64,000 nucleotides of DNA from Candidatus Amesbacteria bacterium GW2011_GWB1_47_19 (GTDB lineage Bacteria; Patescibacteriota; Microgenomatia; CAZETR01; Amesbacteraceae). The DNA lies in NCBI GenBank assembly GCA_001002325.1, contig LCNZ01000007.1, forward strand, positions 91,410 through 155,409, written 5' to 3'. The notes beneath the pieces were generated by a model that was not told where the DNA came from, searched no databases, and saw only the letters and a program-made list of their open reading frames with translations. Numbering within the stretch: position 1 is the first letter of the stretch; the number at the start of each line of letters is the position of its first letter. Positions 30,192 to 39,794 of the stretch are shown here, one piece after another. The position numbers were made by a program, and so were the translations under genes.

Positions 30192-30440
30192 ATGAATTTA
30201 TATCAATTGGAGGAAAAGTTAGCCCGGTTGCGGGAGAGGTTGCGCGCACTGGAAACGGTTGAGGCGGAAAAGATCCGCCGGAAGCGGATATTGGCTGATA
30301 TGGGTGATGACTATCGGGAGAATGAAGGGGCAAAACTGGTAATGGAGGACCACAATCTATTTCACCAACGGGTTTTGAGCCTGAAGAAAGAAATTTACGA
30401 AGTCAAAAAGCAGATTATGAAATTGAAGCATTTTGGGTAA
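30192..30440 (+). CDS. GreA/GreB N-terminal coiled-coil-domain-like small protein.
   Basis: 82 aa. The MGDDYRENEGAKL block resembles the GreA GDLSENAEY finger. There is no C-terminal FKBP-like domain. Confidence 0.35.
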   Translation: MNLYQLEEKLARLRERLRALETVEAEKIRRKRILADMGDDYRENEGAKLVMEDHNLFHQRVLSLKKEIYEVKKQIMKLKHFG

Positions 30441-31668
30441 GGGACTCTACGATGGTTTCGAAGTGGAAGGAGCGGGAGGCCTTGATAAGAATGCAGAGAT
30501 GAGAGTTGCGAGAGGAGAAATCTATGACACGTTGGGATAGGGTTTCGACGGTGTCGAAATACTGCCCGGTGCCGGCGGCGGCAATGGTGTATTTGGTAGC
30601 CGGACCGGTACACAATAAATTCTCTATTTTCAATTTACGAATTTTCAGACCGACTTCTTCATGAGCAGATTGTTCGTATTGACCCAGCTCGTTCATTTGT
30701 CCGAAAACAAAAACCGGAGTATTGCCTGTTAAGCGGGAAATTTCGATTAGTGTGTCCAATGAAGCAGCGACTGCCAGAGGATTGGCATTGTGGGTGTCGT
30801 CTAAAAGCAGCGGTCCGTTTTTGACTGGGATGAGATAGAGGCGTCGGGAGGGGACCGGGGAATGCTCCAATCCATAGACTATATTTTGCGGATGAACATT
30901 AAACAGAATGGCAATTGTGGCGGCAGCAGCAGCAGGATAGGCAAAGTGGCGTCCCAGAAACGGGAGATGAATGGTAAATGATTTTTGATTGATGACTAGT
31001 TCGACTTTGGTTTTGAGGTCGGAGGAGATGACAGAAGATTTGATTTGGGTGAAGCAATTCGGTGAAGCACCAAATTTGAAGACTGAGCCAGAGACCGGGA
31101 GGTTAATATTCGGATCGTCGGCATTGATGACTGCCGGGGCAGACGGTACTAATGCATCAATGAGCTTAGCTTTTTCCGAGGCGACGACAGAAACATCTTT
31201 CAGATACTGGGTGTGGGTGCGGTTGGCATTGAGATAGACAGCCCCGTCAGGCCGGGCTAGCCAAGTATAAAAGTCCATATCACCGGGATACTCAATGCTC
31301 ATTTCCAGGATAAGATAGCGAGTGCGCATGGAACAGCGGAGAATTGTGGTGGGCAGGTTGTAGGTGGAGGTAATATTGTCCAGGGTGGAGACGGTTGGTC
31401 CTTCCAGGGAAAAGACGGAAGTGAGCATATTTTTGGTGATGGTTTTACCGGCAGAGCCGGTAACGGCGATGACCTTGAGTCCGGAAATACGCTGTAGAAA
31501 CAGCAGGTAGTATTTGGCGATACGGCGCTTCAACGGGTGAATGAACCAGTGGAGAAGGGGATTGATTTGCCGGTCCGGAAAAAGTTCCTGGTGGGGAAGA
31601 GGTCCGGTCCAAAGCCGAAGCAAATAATTCGTATCAGTCATAGACTTTACCGCGGTAATCGACATCAT
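30415..31668 (-). CDS. murF: UDP-N-acetylmuramoyl-tripeptide--D-alanyl-D-alanine ligase.
   Basis: Mur ligase P-loop VIAVTGSAGKTITK and the MurF signature DDTHNANP. Confidence 0.75.
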   Translation of the reverse strand: MMSITAVKSMTDTNYLLRLWTGPLPHQELFPDRQINPLLHWFIHPLKRRIAKYYLLFLQRISGLKVIAVTGSAGKTITKNMLTSVFSLEGPTVSTLDNITSTYNLPTTILRCSMRTRYLILEMSIEYPGDMDFYTWLARPDGAVYLNANRTHTQYLKDVSVVASEKAKLIDALVPSAPAVINADDPNINLPVSGSVFKFGASPNCFTQIKSSVISSDLKTKVELVINQKSFTIHLPFLGRHFAYPAAAAATIAILFNVHPQNIVYGLEHSPVPSRRLYLIPVKNGPLLLDDTHNANPLAVAASLDTLIEISRLTGNTPVFVFGQMNELGQYEQSAHEEVGLKIRKLKIENLLCTGPATKYTIAAAGTGQYFDTVETLSQRVIDFSSRNSHLCILIKASRSFHFETIVESLTQNASIS

Positions 31669-31882
31669 AAATATATAAAGTTTGGTTTGGGGGATCGAAG
31701 GAATAGATTATTCTTAGTGGCCAGGCATAGTAACTTCGGTAGCCTAACAAAACACCACCCAGCTGCTTACCGAGGAGTGGGTTGTCTTTTAGTATACCGA
31801 TTTTTTTTCTGGCCTTTTTCTTTTCCACCGGACCTATTTTTTGGAGGTGTTTGACTGCCGTCGGGGAGAAAATAATCTCCAT
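31634..31882 (-). CDS. Type II toxin, RelE/ParE family.
   Basis: 82 aa with a C-terminal YRIIY..IYDVDYRGKVY pattern. It lies downstream of a Phd/YefM-like gene. Confidence 0.6.
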   Translation of the reverse strand: MEIIFSPTAVKHLQKIGPVEKKKARKKIGILKDNPLLGKQLGGVLLGYRSYYAWPLRIIYSFDPPNQTLYIYDVDYRGKVYD

Positions 31883-31892
31883 GAATTAGAGT

Positions 31893-32171
31893 TTACCATC
31901 CGATAAGTTTGTCGGCTTTAGCAGCGGGGATACCTTTGCCTGATTTAATCTCTTTGATTCCCTTTTTGATAGATGTAACAAATTCTTTATCAGACATTAT
32001 TTTCATAGTCTCTAACCACCCTTCGTATTCTTCAAACGGCATAATGACAACTTTGGTTTTACCGCGTAGAGTAATGGTGAATTGGCGGAGTTTATCCGAA
32101 GCTTCATCCAAAAGCTGATAGAAATTAGCTCTAGCTTCGTGGGCTTGGAGAGTGGAACTTAATTGGGTCAC
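31893..32171 (-). CDS. Type II antitoxin, Phd/YefM family.
   Basis: 92-aa acidic protein with a Phd-like N-terminus (ARANFYQLLDEA). It is adjacent to the RelE-like gene. Confidence 0.55.
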   Translation of the reverse strand: MTQLSSTLQAHEARANFYQLLDEASDKLRQFTITLRGKTKVVIMPFEEYEGWLETMKIMSDKEFVTSIKKGIKEIKSGKGIPAAKADKLIGW

Positions 32172-32195
32172 GATATAATGGTACTACTAGTGGTA

Positions 32196-33281
32196 CTACT
32201 TTGTCAAGAGGCGGGGGATAAACGGGGAGAGGCGGGTGAGAACTTCGTAAGCGATATTACCCGTGGATTTTGCCAAGTCCCAGGCACTCTGATTAGAACC
32301 CAATATTTCTACTGTTTTTCCCAATGGATTGGCCACATTAGATAAGTCCAAAGAGATAAAGTTCATAGCAACTCTGCCAATAATCGGGGTGGATTTATTA
32401 TTTATATACACCAGGCCTTTATTTGCCAGACGGATATCTAAGCCGTCACTATACCCTAAGGGTATCAGACCCATAACCTTTTTTTGATTCGTGGTATAGG
32501 TTGCACCATATCCCACCGTTTCTTCTGTGGATAAGTTACGGACTAAAACAATTTTAGATTTCCATAGGATAGCTGGTTTTAGAGCAGGAATAATGGTGAG
32601 GCTAGGGTTTGGAGAAAGACCATAAATTGTAATTCCCGGGCGGACGAGATCCAGGTGGGTTTGGGAATAGTTGAAAATGGCGGCAGAGTTGGCGCAGTGG
32701 GCCAAAACGGCGGGAAAAAGATATTTGGTTTGGGAGACGGTTTGGAGGAAAACATCGAGTTGTTTGAGGGTGGCTATTTTGTTTGTATCGGCGCTGTGAA
32801 AATGAGTGTAAATACCTTCAAGAGTCAGATGGGGGGATCTTTTGATTAAAGCCAGAGCTGATAGCAGTTCGATGGGGGAAAGACCTAAGCGGTTCATGCC
32901 GGTATTGACTTTGAGATGAATGGAGATAGAGGATCGAGATAGAGATAGAGATTGAAGAAAATCGAGTGAGTGGACACATAAGGAGATGTGATGTTTGGCG
33001 ACGAGGAGAAAGTCTGACGGAGAAACCGGGGCAGTGATCAAGATGGGTGTTTTTAAACCTAATTTTCTGATAGTTAGAGCTTCTGAAATGGTGTTTACGC
33101 CAAAGAAATCGACGTGGGGTGCAAGCACCGGAGCGGCGATGTTCAGTCCGTGGCCATAGGCGTTGGCTTTGACCATAGCCATAATTTTGGCGGATTTGGG
33201 AATTTTCCGGCGGAGCACGTGCAGGTTGTGACGGAGAGCAGAGGCAGAAATTTCTATCCAATGGAGAGGGGAATCTCCCAT
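32196..33281 (-). CDS. alr: Alanine racemase.
   Basis: PLP-binding motif AMVKANAYGHG, 361 aa. Confidence 0.85.
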   Translation of the reverse strand: MGDSPLHWIEISASALRHNLHVLRRKIPKSAKIMAMVKANAYGHGLNIAAPVLAPHVDFFGVNTISEALTIRKLGLKTPILITAPVSPSDFLLVAKHHISLCVHSLDFLQSLSLSRSSISIHLKVNTGMNRLGLSPIELLSALALIKRSPHLTLEGIYTHFHSADTNKIATLKQLDVFLQTVSQTKYLFPAVLAHCANSAAIFNYSQTHLDLVRPGITIYGLSPNPSLTIIPALKPAILWKSKIVLVRNLSTEETVGYGATYTTNQKKVMGLIPLGYSDGLDIRLANKGLVYINNKSTPIIGRVAMNFISLDLSNVANPLGKTVEILGSNQSAWDLAKSTGNIAYEVLTRLSPFIPRLLTK

Positions 33282-34335
33282 GCTTGCGTATTATAATGCA
33301 GGCATGACAAAAATGAGAGTAGGGTTGGTGTTTGGGGGCAGATCCGGAGAGCATGAGGTGAGTGTAAGGTCGGCGAAATCCATTTATGAAGCGCTGGATA
33401 AGAATAAATATGAAGTGGAACTTTTGGGAGTGGATAAGACCGGGCAGTGGCACAGAATGGACCAGAAATGGCTACCGAAAGGGGCGGAGATGAAAGCGTT
33501 GCCCAGCGGGGAAAAGGGGTTGGCGGTGCAGGAAGAGAAGGTGGATATATTTTTTCCGATTATCCACGGAACTTTCGGAGAGGATGGGACACTACAAGGT
33601 CTCTTTGAACTTTTGGATGTGGCATATGTGGGGGCGGGGGTGCTGGGGTCGGCGGTCGGGATGGATAAGGATGTGCAAAAGAGATTGTTGATTCAGGCCG
33701 GGATACCGGTAGCAAATTATGTCAGTCTAAGTTTAAGTACAAGTTCAGGAAACCCAAAGATTCCTTTTAAATTCCCGGTGTTTGTGAAACCGGCGAATAT
33801 GGGATCGTCGGTGGGGATAAGTAAGATAGAGAAAGAGATAGAGGTAGAGAAAGCGATAAAATTGGCTTTTCAGTATGACACTAAAGTGATTGTTGAGGAG
33901 GCGGTAGAGGGCAGGGAGATTGAAATATCAGTGTTAGGAAATGAGGAGCCGACAGCATCGTTACCGGGGGAAGTGATACCCCGGGGGCATGAGTTTTATG
34001 ACTATGAGGCCAAATATATTGATGAGAATGGGGCGGAATTGGTGATTCCGGCCAGATTGTCAGCAGAACAGATAAAGATATGTCAGGAATTAGCGGTTAA
34101 AACATTTAAAGTTTTGGAATGTTCCTGTATGGCACGGGTGGACATGTTCCTGACTCCGGAGGGTAAATTTGTGGTTAACGAAATTAACACCTTACCGGGA
34201 TTTACCAATATTTCGATGTACCCTAAGTTGTGGGAAGCGACGGGAATAAAATATGCCGATTTATTGGATAAACTTATCCGACTGGCGTTGGAAAAGAAGA
34301 AGGAAAAGGATAAATTGAAGAGAAGTTATTCTTGA
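33280..34335 (+). CDS. ddl: D-alanine--D-alanine ligase.
   Basis: N-terminal VGLVFGGRSGEHEVSVRSA and an ATP-grasp core (FVKPANMGSSVGIS). It contains an in-frame agtNNa x4 hexamer repeat (SLSLSTSS). Confidence 0.85.
   Translation: MLAYYNAGMTKMRVGLVFGGRSGEHEVSVRSAKSIYEALDKNKYEVELLGVDKTGQWHRMDQKWLPKGAEMKALPSGEKGLAVQEEKVDIFFPIIHGTFGEDGTLQGLFELLDVAYVGAGVLGSAVGMDKDVQKRLLIQAGIPVANYVSLSLSTSSGNPKIPFKFPVFVKPANMGSSVGISKIEKEIEVEKAIKLAFQYDTKVIVEEAVEGREIEISVLGNEEPTASLPGEVIPRGHEFYDYEAKYIDENGAELVIPARLSAEQIKICQELAVKTFKVLECSCMARVDMFLTPEGKFVVNEINTLPGFTNISMYPKLWEATGIKYADLLDKLIRLALEKKKEKDKLKRSYS
33724..33747 (+). repeat. agtNNa hexamer x4 (SLSLSTSS) in ddl.
   Basis: agtctaagtttaagtacaagttca. Confidence 0.5.
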
Positions 34336-34383
34336 GTAATGAACTTGACAAGTATTTAATGTGGTTATATACTTTGCATTATT

Positions 34384-34665
34384 ATGTATACAGTTACATT
34401 AACTCGGCAGGGACAGATTACCATACCATCGGGGATGAGGAAGAGTATGGACATTAAGGGGGGTGATAAATTGAACTTTATTGTTCGGGGAAAGGGAATT
34501 GAGGTGTCCAAAGCGACCGGTTGGGAGTCCTTAAGGGGCGTGCTGGTGGAATTTAAAGGAAATTATCCGACTAAGAGACAACTTGCCAGGGCTCATATAT
34601 CCGGTTTGAATCTAAGAACCCGAAAGGATGCAAAAAATACTAGTCGATACCAACGTTTTGCTTAG
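34384..34665 (+). CDS. AbrB/MazE/SpoVT-family antitoxin (VapB-like).
   Basis: Swapped-hairpin motif GQITIPSGMRKSMDIKGGDKL. It lies upstream of a PIN gene. Confidence 0.6.
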   Translation: MYTVTLTRQGQITIPSGMRKSMDIKGGDKLNFIVRGKGIEVSKATGWESLRGVLVEFKGNYPTKRQLARAHISGLNLRTRKDAKNTSRYQRFA

Positions 34666-34993
34666 GTATCTGGTAGACGGTGATACGTTACTAGAAAAAA
34701 TAGCTGATAAGGGTGTTGTGTGGCTGGTTGAGGAAGTCGTGATAGAGCTGGTGTTTGCGTTACAGGAGCACTATGGTCAATCCAGAGAGAAAATATTTGG
34801 ATGGGTAGTGGATTTACTTATGAAGCCAAATTGCGAAAGTAACAGAACTTTATTATTTAATACCTTGGCCGTTTACAGAGATCAAACTAACTTGAGTATT
34901 GTTGATGCATATTTATTTGCCTTGTCAGAAGAAAATAAAGTTGAATTGGTAACTTACGACAAGAAGCTTAAACGGAAATTGATTAAACAATAA
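34628..34993 (+). CDS. PIN-domain toxin (VapC-like).
   Basis: N-terminal ILVDTNVLL acidic motif, 121 aa. It overlaps the antitoxin gene. Confidence 0.6.
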   Translation: MQKILVDTNVLLRYLVDGDTLLEKIADKGVVWLVEEVVIELVFALQEHYGQSREKIFGWVVDLLMKPNCESNRTLLFNTLAVYRDQTNLSIVDAYLFALSEENKVELVTYDKKLKRKLIKQ

Positions 34994-36020
34994 CGACTTC
35001 GTATTCCAGATCAATTGAGAAATGTTTTTTGATGTCGGCGCGCATGGCCTCGGCGAATTCGTAAACTTCGGCACCCGTGGCACCGGGGTAGGTTACGATG
35101 ACTAAGGCGTGTTGATCGAAAGTGCCGACGTTACCGACTCTTTTGCCTTTCCAACCCAATTCATCGAGGAGTCTTCCGGCCGGTATTTTGACATAGTCGG
35201 AGGTAGCCAGGGCAGGATCGGTAAGTTTAGGGTAGTCCATGCCCGTAGTGGGGTAGTACTGAATATCCGGGATTTTATTTTGGAGATCGGCTAATTTGGT
35301 TTTGGTAATAAAAGGGTTTTTGAAGAAACTGCCGGCGGTACCCTGTTTGTGCCAATCGGGCATTTTTTGGGTACGGATGTTAATTACTGCACGGCTGACA
35401 TCCTGGACGGCGTAGGGAGGTTCAGCAATTTTTGCAATTTCCGTCTGAAGAGATTCGTAACGGGAATAATAGTCGAGTTTGGAGTGAGAAGATTTGGAAA
35501 GTCTGAAGGTAACTGAGGTAATTAAGAATTGATTTTTCAGTTCGTGTTTAAAGGTGCTATTCCGATATTTGAATTGACAATCGGAATTGGAGAGGATGTA
35601 AGATTTTTGGGCTGAGAGATTGAAATAATTTACAGAATCGATTGTTTGATCCACGGATTGGCCGTAGGCCCCGATATTTTGAATGGGAGCGGCTCCAACA
35701 CAGCCGGGGATAAGAGCCAGGTTTTCGATTCCCGACCAACTGTTTTCTGCGGTGTACATGACAAATTTGTGCCAGTTTTCACCGGCACCAACCTCGATGA
35801 CGACGGAATCTGCGGATTCTTTGAGGACATTTATCCCAGGAAGATTAATTTTGGCAACAGTTCCGGGAAAGTCTTTTGTAAATAGCACGTTTGCCCCCTC
35901 GCCCAGGAAAAAGACATTTTCGGAAGGGAGTTTTTTAATATCAGCCAAAGTATTTATTTCTATCAACTTTTCGGTTTTGGCGGGTACACGCAAAGTAGTA
36001 TATGGGGAGAGGTCAACCAT
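34983..36020 (-). CDS. murB: UDP-N-acetylenolpyruvoylglucosamine reductase.
   Basis: FAD-binding N-terminus (FLGEGANVLF) and the TAGSFFKNP motif. Confidence 0.75.
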   Translation of the reverse strand: MVDLSPYTTLRVPAKTEKLIEINTLADIKKLPSENVFFLGEGANVLFTKDFPGTVAKINLPGINVLKESADSVVIEVGAGENWHKFVMYTAENSWSGIENLALIPGCVGAAPIQNIGAYGQSVDQTIDSVNYFNLSAQKSYILSNSDCQFKYRNSTFKHELKNQFLITSVTFRLSKSSHSKLDYYSRYESLQTEIAKIAEPPYAVQDVSRAVINIRTQKMPDWHKQGTAGSFFKNPFITKTKLADLQNKIPDIQYYPTTGMDYPKLTDPALATSDYVKIPAGRLLDELGWKGKRVGNVGTFDQHALVIVTYPGATGAEVYEFAEAMRADIKKHFSIDLEYEVVIV

Positions 36021-36178
36021 TAGGGTTTAAATTCGATGATGAGGAAATTCTTTCTGGCGATTAATTTGAGTTTATCACCAATCTTTAGGCGAAACCTTTG
36101 CTTGATTTGTTGAGGTATTGCGAAAGTACCATTTTGGAAATGGATGGGGATTTCAAATGGAAGAGCTTTGTTAATCAT
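36020..36178 (-). CDS. Orphan AbrB/SpoVT-like small DNA-binding protein. Start is taken at the internal Met; the ORF track extends to 36262 and overlaps murA.
   Basis: C-terminal IPQQIKQRFRLKIGDKLKL swapped-hairpin motif. Confidence 0.35.
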   Translation of the reverse strand: MINKALPFEIPIHFQNGTFAIPQQIKQRFRLKIGDKLKLIARKNFLIIEFKP

Positions 36179-37463
36179 GGCGGTCGACGCGTTCGATTTT
36201 GGCTCCAAGGGAAGCAAAGCGGGAGGCGGGGTCTTCGTAACCGCGCTCGATGATTTCCGCATGGTCTATGATGCTTTCCCCTTCGGCGGCCAGAGCAGCG
36301 ATGAGTATGGACATGCCGGCCCGGATATCCGGGGAAGCCAGATGGCGGCCGACCAGGGGGGTGGGACCGGTAACCAGACAGCGGTGCGGGTCGCAGAGAG
36401 TGATATTAGCACCCATTGCCACCAGTTTGTCGGTGAAGAACATCCGGGTTTCGTACATCCAATCGTGCATCAAAACAGTTCCTTGGGTTTGGGTGGCCAG
36501 TACGATCAGAGGACTGAGCAGATCTGTGGGGAAACCCGGCCAGGGACGGGTCTGGAATTTTTGGCGGATGCCCAACTTCTCCGGATCGACTGAGAGCCGG
36601 GAAGGCAGGATTTTGAGGGTGTCACTTTTGGGCCAGGAATATTTAACGCCGAAGCGGGATAAGTAGAGCAGAATCATGCGCAGATCTTTGGGATCTACTG
36701 GAGAAATGGTGATAGTACCGCCGGTGGCGGCAGCCGCAATAGCGAAGGTGCCGGCGTCTATATAATCCGGGGAGACCGGATAGGTTACGGCTTTGAGATT
36801 GGGCGTGCCCAGGACGCTGATGATACCTGATCCCAAACCGGTGATTTCGGCTCCCATACGGGTCAGGAATTGCCCCAGATCGCCCACATGCGGCTCGCAG
36901 GCGGCATCTTCGATGGTAGTAGTGTTGGGTTGAGTAGAGGCCAGAATAAGGGCATTTTCTGTGGCTGTGACGGAAGCCTCGTCCAGAAAGACGGCGACGG
37001 GTTGTTTCGGGGGGGTGAAGCTGCCGGAGACGGTGTCATTGAGGATATCGAATTTTGCTCCCAGACGGGTCAGGGCATCCAGATGGGTGCCGATAGCCCT
37101 TTTGCCAATGACGTCACCACCGGGAAAGCCGATTTTGACCCGTCCGAATTTGGCCAGCAGGGGAGACAGGAACATGACGGAGGAGCGGACTTTGCGGGAT
37201 AATTCCGGGCTGACTTCCCAGTTGTTGCATCCGCGGGGATCGATAGTGATTTTAGGGGTGGCAAGGCCGGTGACTTTTGCCCCCAGAGATTCCAGAATTT
37301 CGGCCATGGCGGAGACGTCACGGATGACCGGGGCCCGGGTCAGAGTTACCGGACCGTCTGCCAAAAGAGAAGCAGCCATGAGTTTGAGAACGGAGTTTTT
37401 ATTACCGGAGATGGTAATGTGACCTGAGAGCGGCGTCCCTCCGGTAACAAAAAATTGGCCCAT
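36171..37463 (-). CDS. murA: UDP-N-acetylglucosamine 1-carboxyvinyltransferase.
   Basis: N-terminal ISGNKNSVLKLMAASLLA, EPT-fold, 430 aa. Confidence 0.85.
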   Translation of the reverse strand: MGQFFVTGGTPLSGHITISGNKNSVLKLMAASLLADGPVTLTRAPVIRDVSAMAEILESLGAKVTGLATPKITIDPRGCNNWEVSPELSRKVRSSVMFLSPLLAKFGRVKIGFPGGDVIGKRAIGTHLDALTRLGAKFDILNDTVSGSFTPPKQPVAVFLDEASVTATENALILASTQPNTTTIEDAACEPHVGDLGQFLTRMGAEITGLGSGIISVLGTPNLKAVTYPVSPDYIDAGTFAIAAAATGGTITISPVDPKDLRMILLYLSRFGVKYSWPKSDTLKILPSRLSVDPEKLGIRQKFQTRPWPGFPTDLLSPLIVLATQTQGTVLMHDWMYETRMFFTDKLVAMGANITLCDPHRCLVTGPTPLVGRHLASPDIRAGMSILIAALAAEGESIIDHAEIIERGYEDPASRFASLGAKIERVDRHD

Positions 37464-38051
37464 GCCAGGGTATTATACCGGGATAGGGCAAGGTATAATC
37501 AAGCAGTGAAAGTCAAAAGAGGGCCGTGGGTAGTGACCGGGACAAAGACTGTTTACAAAAATCCCTGGATATCGGTAAGAGAAGATGAGGTGATCCGTCC
37601 GGATGGAAAGCCCGGGATTTTCGGGGTGGTAACTATGAAGGCCGGGGTGACAGTATTACCTGTAGATAATAAGGGGAAGGTATATTTAACACGGGAATTT
37701 CATTATGGGATAGGAAGAATAACAGCAGAAGCCATAAGTGGGGGAATATACTCTGGAGAAGATAAGTTGGCGGCTGCGAAACGGGAGTTGGAGGAAGAAA
37801 CAGGACTTAAAGCAGCCAGGTGGCAATATCTGGACTGGATTGATCCATTTACTACTGCTGTGGTATCCCCCAACTATTTGTATCTGGCTTGTGGACTGAC
37901 TGAAGGACAAAGTCATCCGGAAGGTACGGAAACGATACGCGTGATAAAAGTGCCATATGAAAAAGCATTAGAAATGGTAGAAGAAGGCGAAATTACGCAT
38001 TCGGCTACAGTGGTGTTGCTGTTGAAAGCAAAAGATATTTTGGGGAAATAA
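37455..38051 (+). CDS. NUDIX hydrolase (ADP-ribose pyrophosphatase-like). The true start may lie downstream of 37455.
   Basis: Nudix box SGGIYSGEDKLAAAKRELEEETGL. Confidence 0.65.
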   Translation: MAHARVLYRDRARYNQAVKVKRGPWVVTGTKTVYKNPWISVREDEVIRPDGKPGIFGVVTMKAGVTVLPVDNKGKVYLTREFHYGIGRITAEAISGGIYSGEDKLAAAKRELEEETGLKAARWQYLDWIDPFTTAVVSPNYLYLACGLTEGQSHPEGTETIRVIKVPYEKALEMVEEGEITHSATVVLLLKAKDILGK

Positions 38052-38777
38052 ATGTATAGACTTAAAACTTTGGCGAAATTCCCGGAGTTGATGCATGGGG
38101 TGTCGACGGCGGAGGAGGGGAATATGGCTGAGAAATGGGGAAACAAAGAAGAGGTAAACAGGAACAGGAGAAGATTTTTAGATAAATTAAATATTAAGAT
38201 TGGGGACTGTGTGATGGCCAGTCTGGAATTGGGTATCCGGGTTATGCGGGTGGGGGGCAAAGATAAAGGAATGTATGTTGATGGTGATGTGTTGATAACC
38301 TCTGAGACGGGAGTCGGTTTGTGGATGGTGACAGCGGATTGTCATGCGACGGTGGTATATGATCCGGCAAAGAAGATTTTGGCACTGGCACACTTGGGAA
38401 GACAGGGGCTGGACGGGGGGTTGCCCGGTTTGGTAATCAATAAATTCAGGCAGTTGGGGTCAGATACGGGGGAAATTACCGTAGCGGCGGGACCGGGGAT
38501 AAAGAAGGAATCGTATACCTGGATCGGGAAGTTACCATTTAAAAGAGACTGGGGGAGATTTGCGGAAAAGACAGGTGAAGATGGATATTTACTTGATACC
38601 GGAGAGTTTTTGAAACAGCAATTTATTGAAGCAGAGATAACGAAGCAGAATATAGGGGTAAGTGAAGCGGACGTGTTTTCCGACCGGAGATTTTTTTCCC
38701 ACGTGCGTTCTGTGAAAAACGGTGAACCCGAAGGCCGATTTGCGACGGTGGTGATGATGAACTGGTTAGGGAATTAA
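38052..38777 (+). CDS. pgeF: Peptidoglycan editing factor PgeF / YfiH (DUF152) family.
   Basis: VTADCHATVVYDP..LAHLGRQGL block typical of YfiH/LACC1. Confidence 0.65.
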   Translation: MYRLKTLAKFPELMHGVSTAEEGNMAEKWGNKEEVNRNRRRFLDKLNIKIGDCVMASLELGIRVMRVGGKDKGMYVDGDVLITSETGVGLWMVTADCHATVVYDPAKKILALAHLGRQGLDGGLPGLVINKFRQLGSDTGEITVAAGPGIKKESYTWIGKLPFKRDWGRFAEKTGEDGYLLDTGEFLKQQFIEAEITKQNIGVSEADVFSDRRFFSHVRSVKNGEPEGRFATVVMMNWLGN

Positions 38778-38789
38778 CTTCCGAAAATT

Positions 38790-39773
38790 CTAATTCGGGA
38801 TTCTACAACGGCGACAGATTTCAGGCAGTAAGTCGTATTTGCCATGCCTCAGGGCGCGGCGCATCTGACGGTAGTATTTATTATCCCAAACGTCATGGAA
38901 TCCCGATTTGGAAATATTACCCAGAGGTGTTTTAATGAGCGCATCACTGGCGCAAAGTATAGTTGTGCCATCTACGGTGATCTCCATTGTAAAAGACGGA
39001 TGAACACAGCGGTTGGTCGGGCTTTGCAGAAGTGCTTCGGCAACATTAATGTTACCCCCTCTATTTGACAACTTTGTTAGCGGAGGATTTAGCTTTAAAA
39101 TTCCATCCTCAAAATATTTTTCACCCAAGTCTTGGAGCCGGGAACTGAATTTTCCATCGTGCGGGGTCATGATTATTTCGTTGATGCCTACGTTTCTGAG
39201 CTGCAAGTAAAGATCTTCTGTCAGGTTATCACCATTGGAGTAAAAGCCGATCGTGGCCTCTGGCAATTTTTTTCTGGCATACTCGGTTCTTTGGACAATT
39301 TTTTTATCAATAGTCGGTTCTCCATAGCCATTCAGATGTAATACTCCGTTAAACCCCTTTTGGTTTGCACGCCGGGGGATTTCGCTCAAGGTATCTATAA
39401 TAGAGTTATATATTTCGTCCCGCATGACCCTATATGGTCGTGTTTCGGGAAATTCTTGTTTACTTACCGGACAATAGGAACATTTTCGGGTGCAGGAGGC
39501 TACAGTCTCCACTCCAACGGCTAATGGCATGTCTGTTCTGCCATATGTGATAAATGAGGAAAATTCGGAGGCGGCCAGCTTTAGGAGCGGGAGCCAGCTT
39601 TCATGTCCGGGAATAGCGTACAGGACATTATTGTTTCTGATTTTTAACCTGGCAGTTTGTACCAGCTCTATTGGAGCAGATTTGAGTTTGTCATGAAGAC
39701 GGGAAAAGAAACCAGAGATGTTTTTTTCGGGAGTAATGGCAGTATCCGCTTGTATTTCAAATTGTTGATCCAT
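38790..39773 (-). CDS. Radical SAM protein with a SPASM/twitch-like C-terminal Cys cluster.
   Basis: CTRKCSYC (Cx3Cx2C). C-terminal cysteines in CVHPSF..ILCASD..EICRRCR. An ~90-aa N-terminal extension precedes the core. Confidence 0.6.
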   Translation of the reverse strand: MDQQFEIQADTAITPEKNISGFFSRLHDKLKSAPIELVQTARLKIRNNNVLYAIPGHESWLPLLKLAASEFSSFITYGRTDMPLAVGVETVASCTRKCSYCPVSKQEFPETRPYRVMRDEIYNSIIDTLSEIPRRANQKGFNGVLHLNGYGEPTIDKKIVQRTEYARKKLPEATIGFYSNGDNLTEDLYLQLRNVGINEIIMTPHDGKFSSRLQDLGEKYFEDGILKLNPPLTKLSNRGGNINVAEALLQSPTNRCVHPSFTMEITVDGTTILCASDALIKTPLGNISKSGFHDVWDNKYYRQMRRALRHGKYDLLPEICRRCRIPN

Positions 39774-39794
39774 GAACTTTTATACTATATAAGA

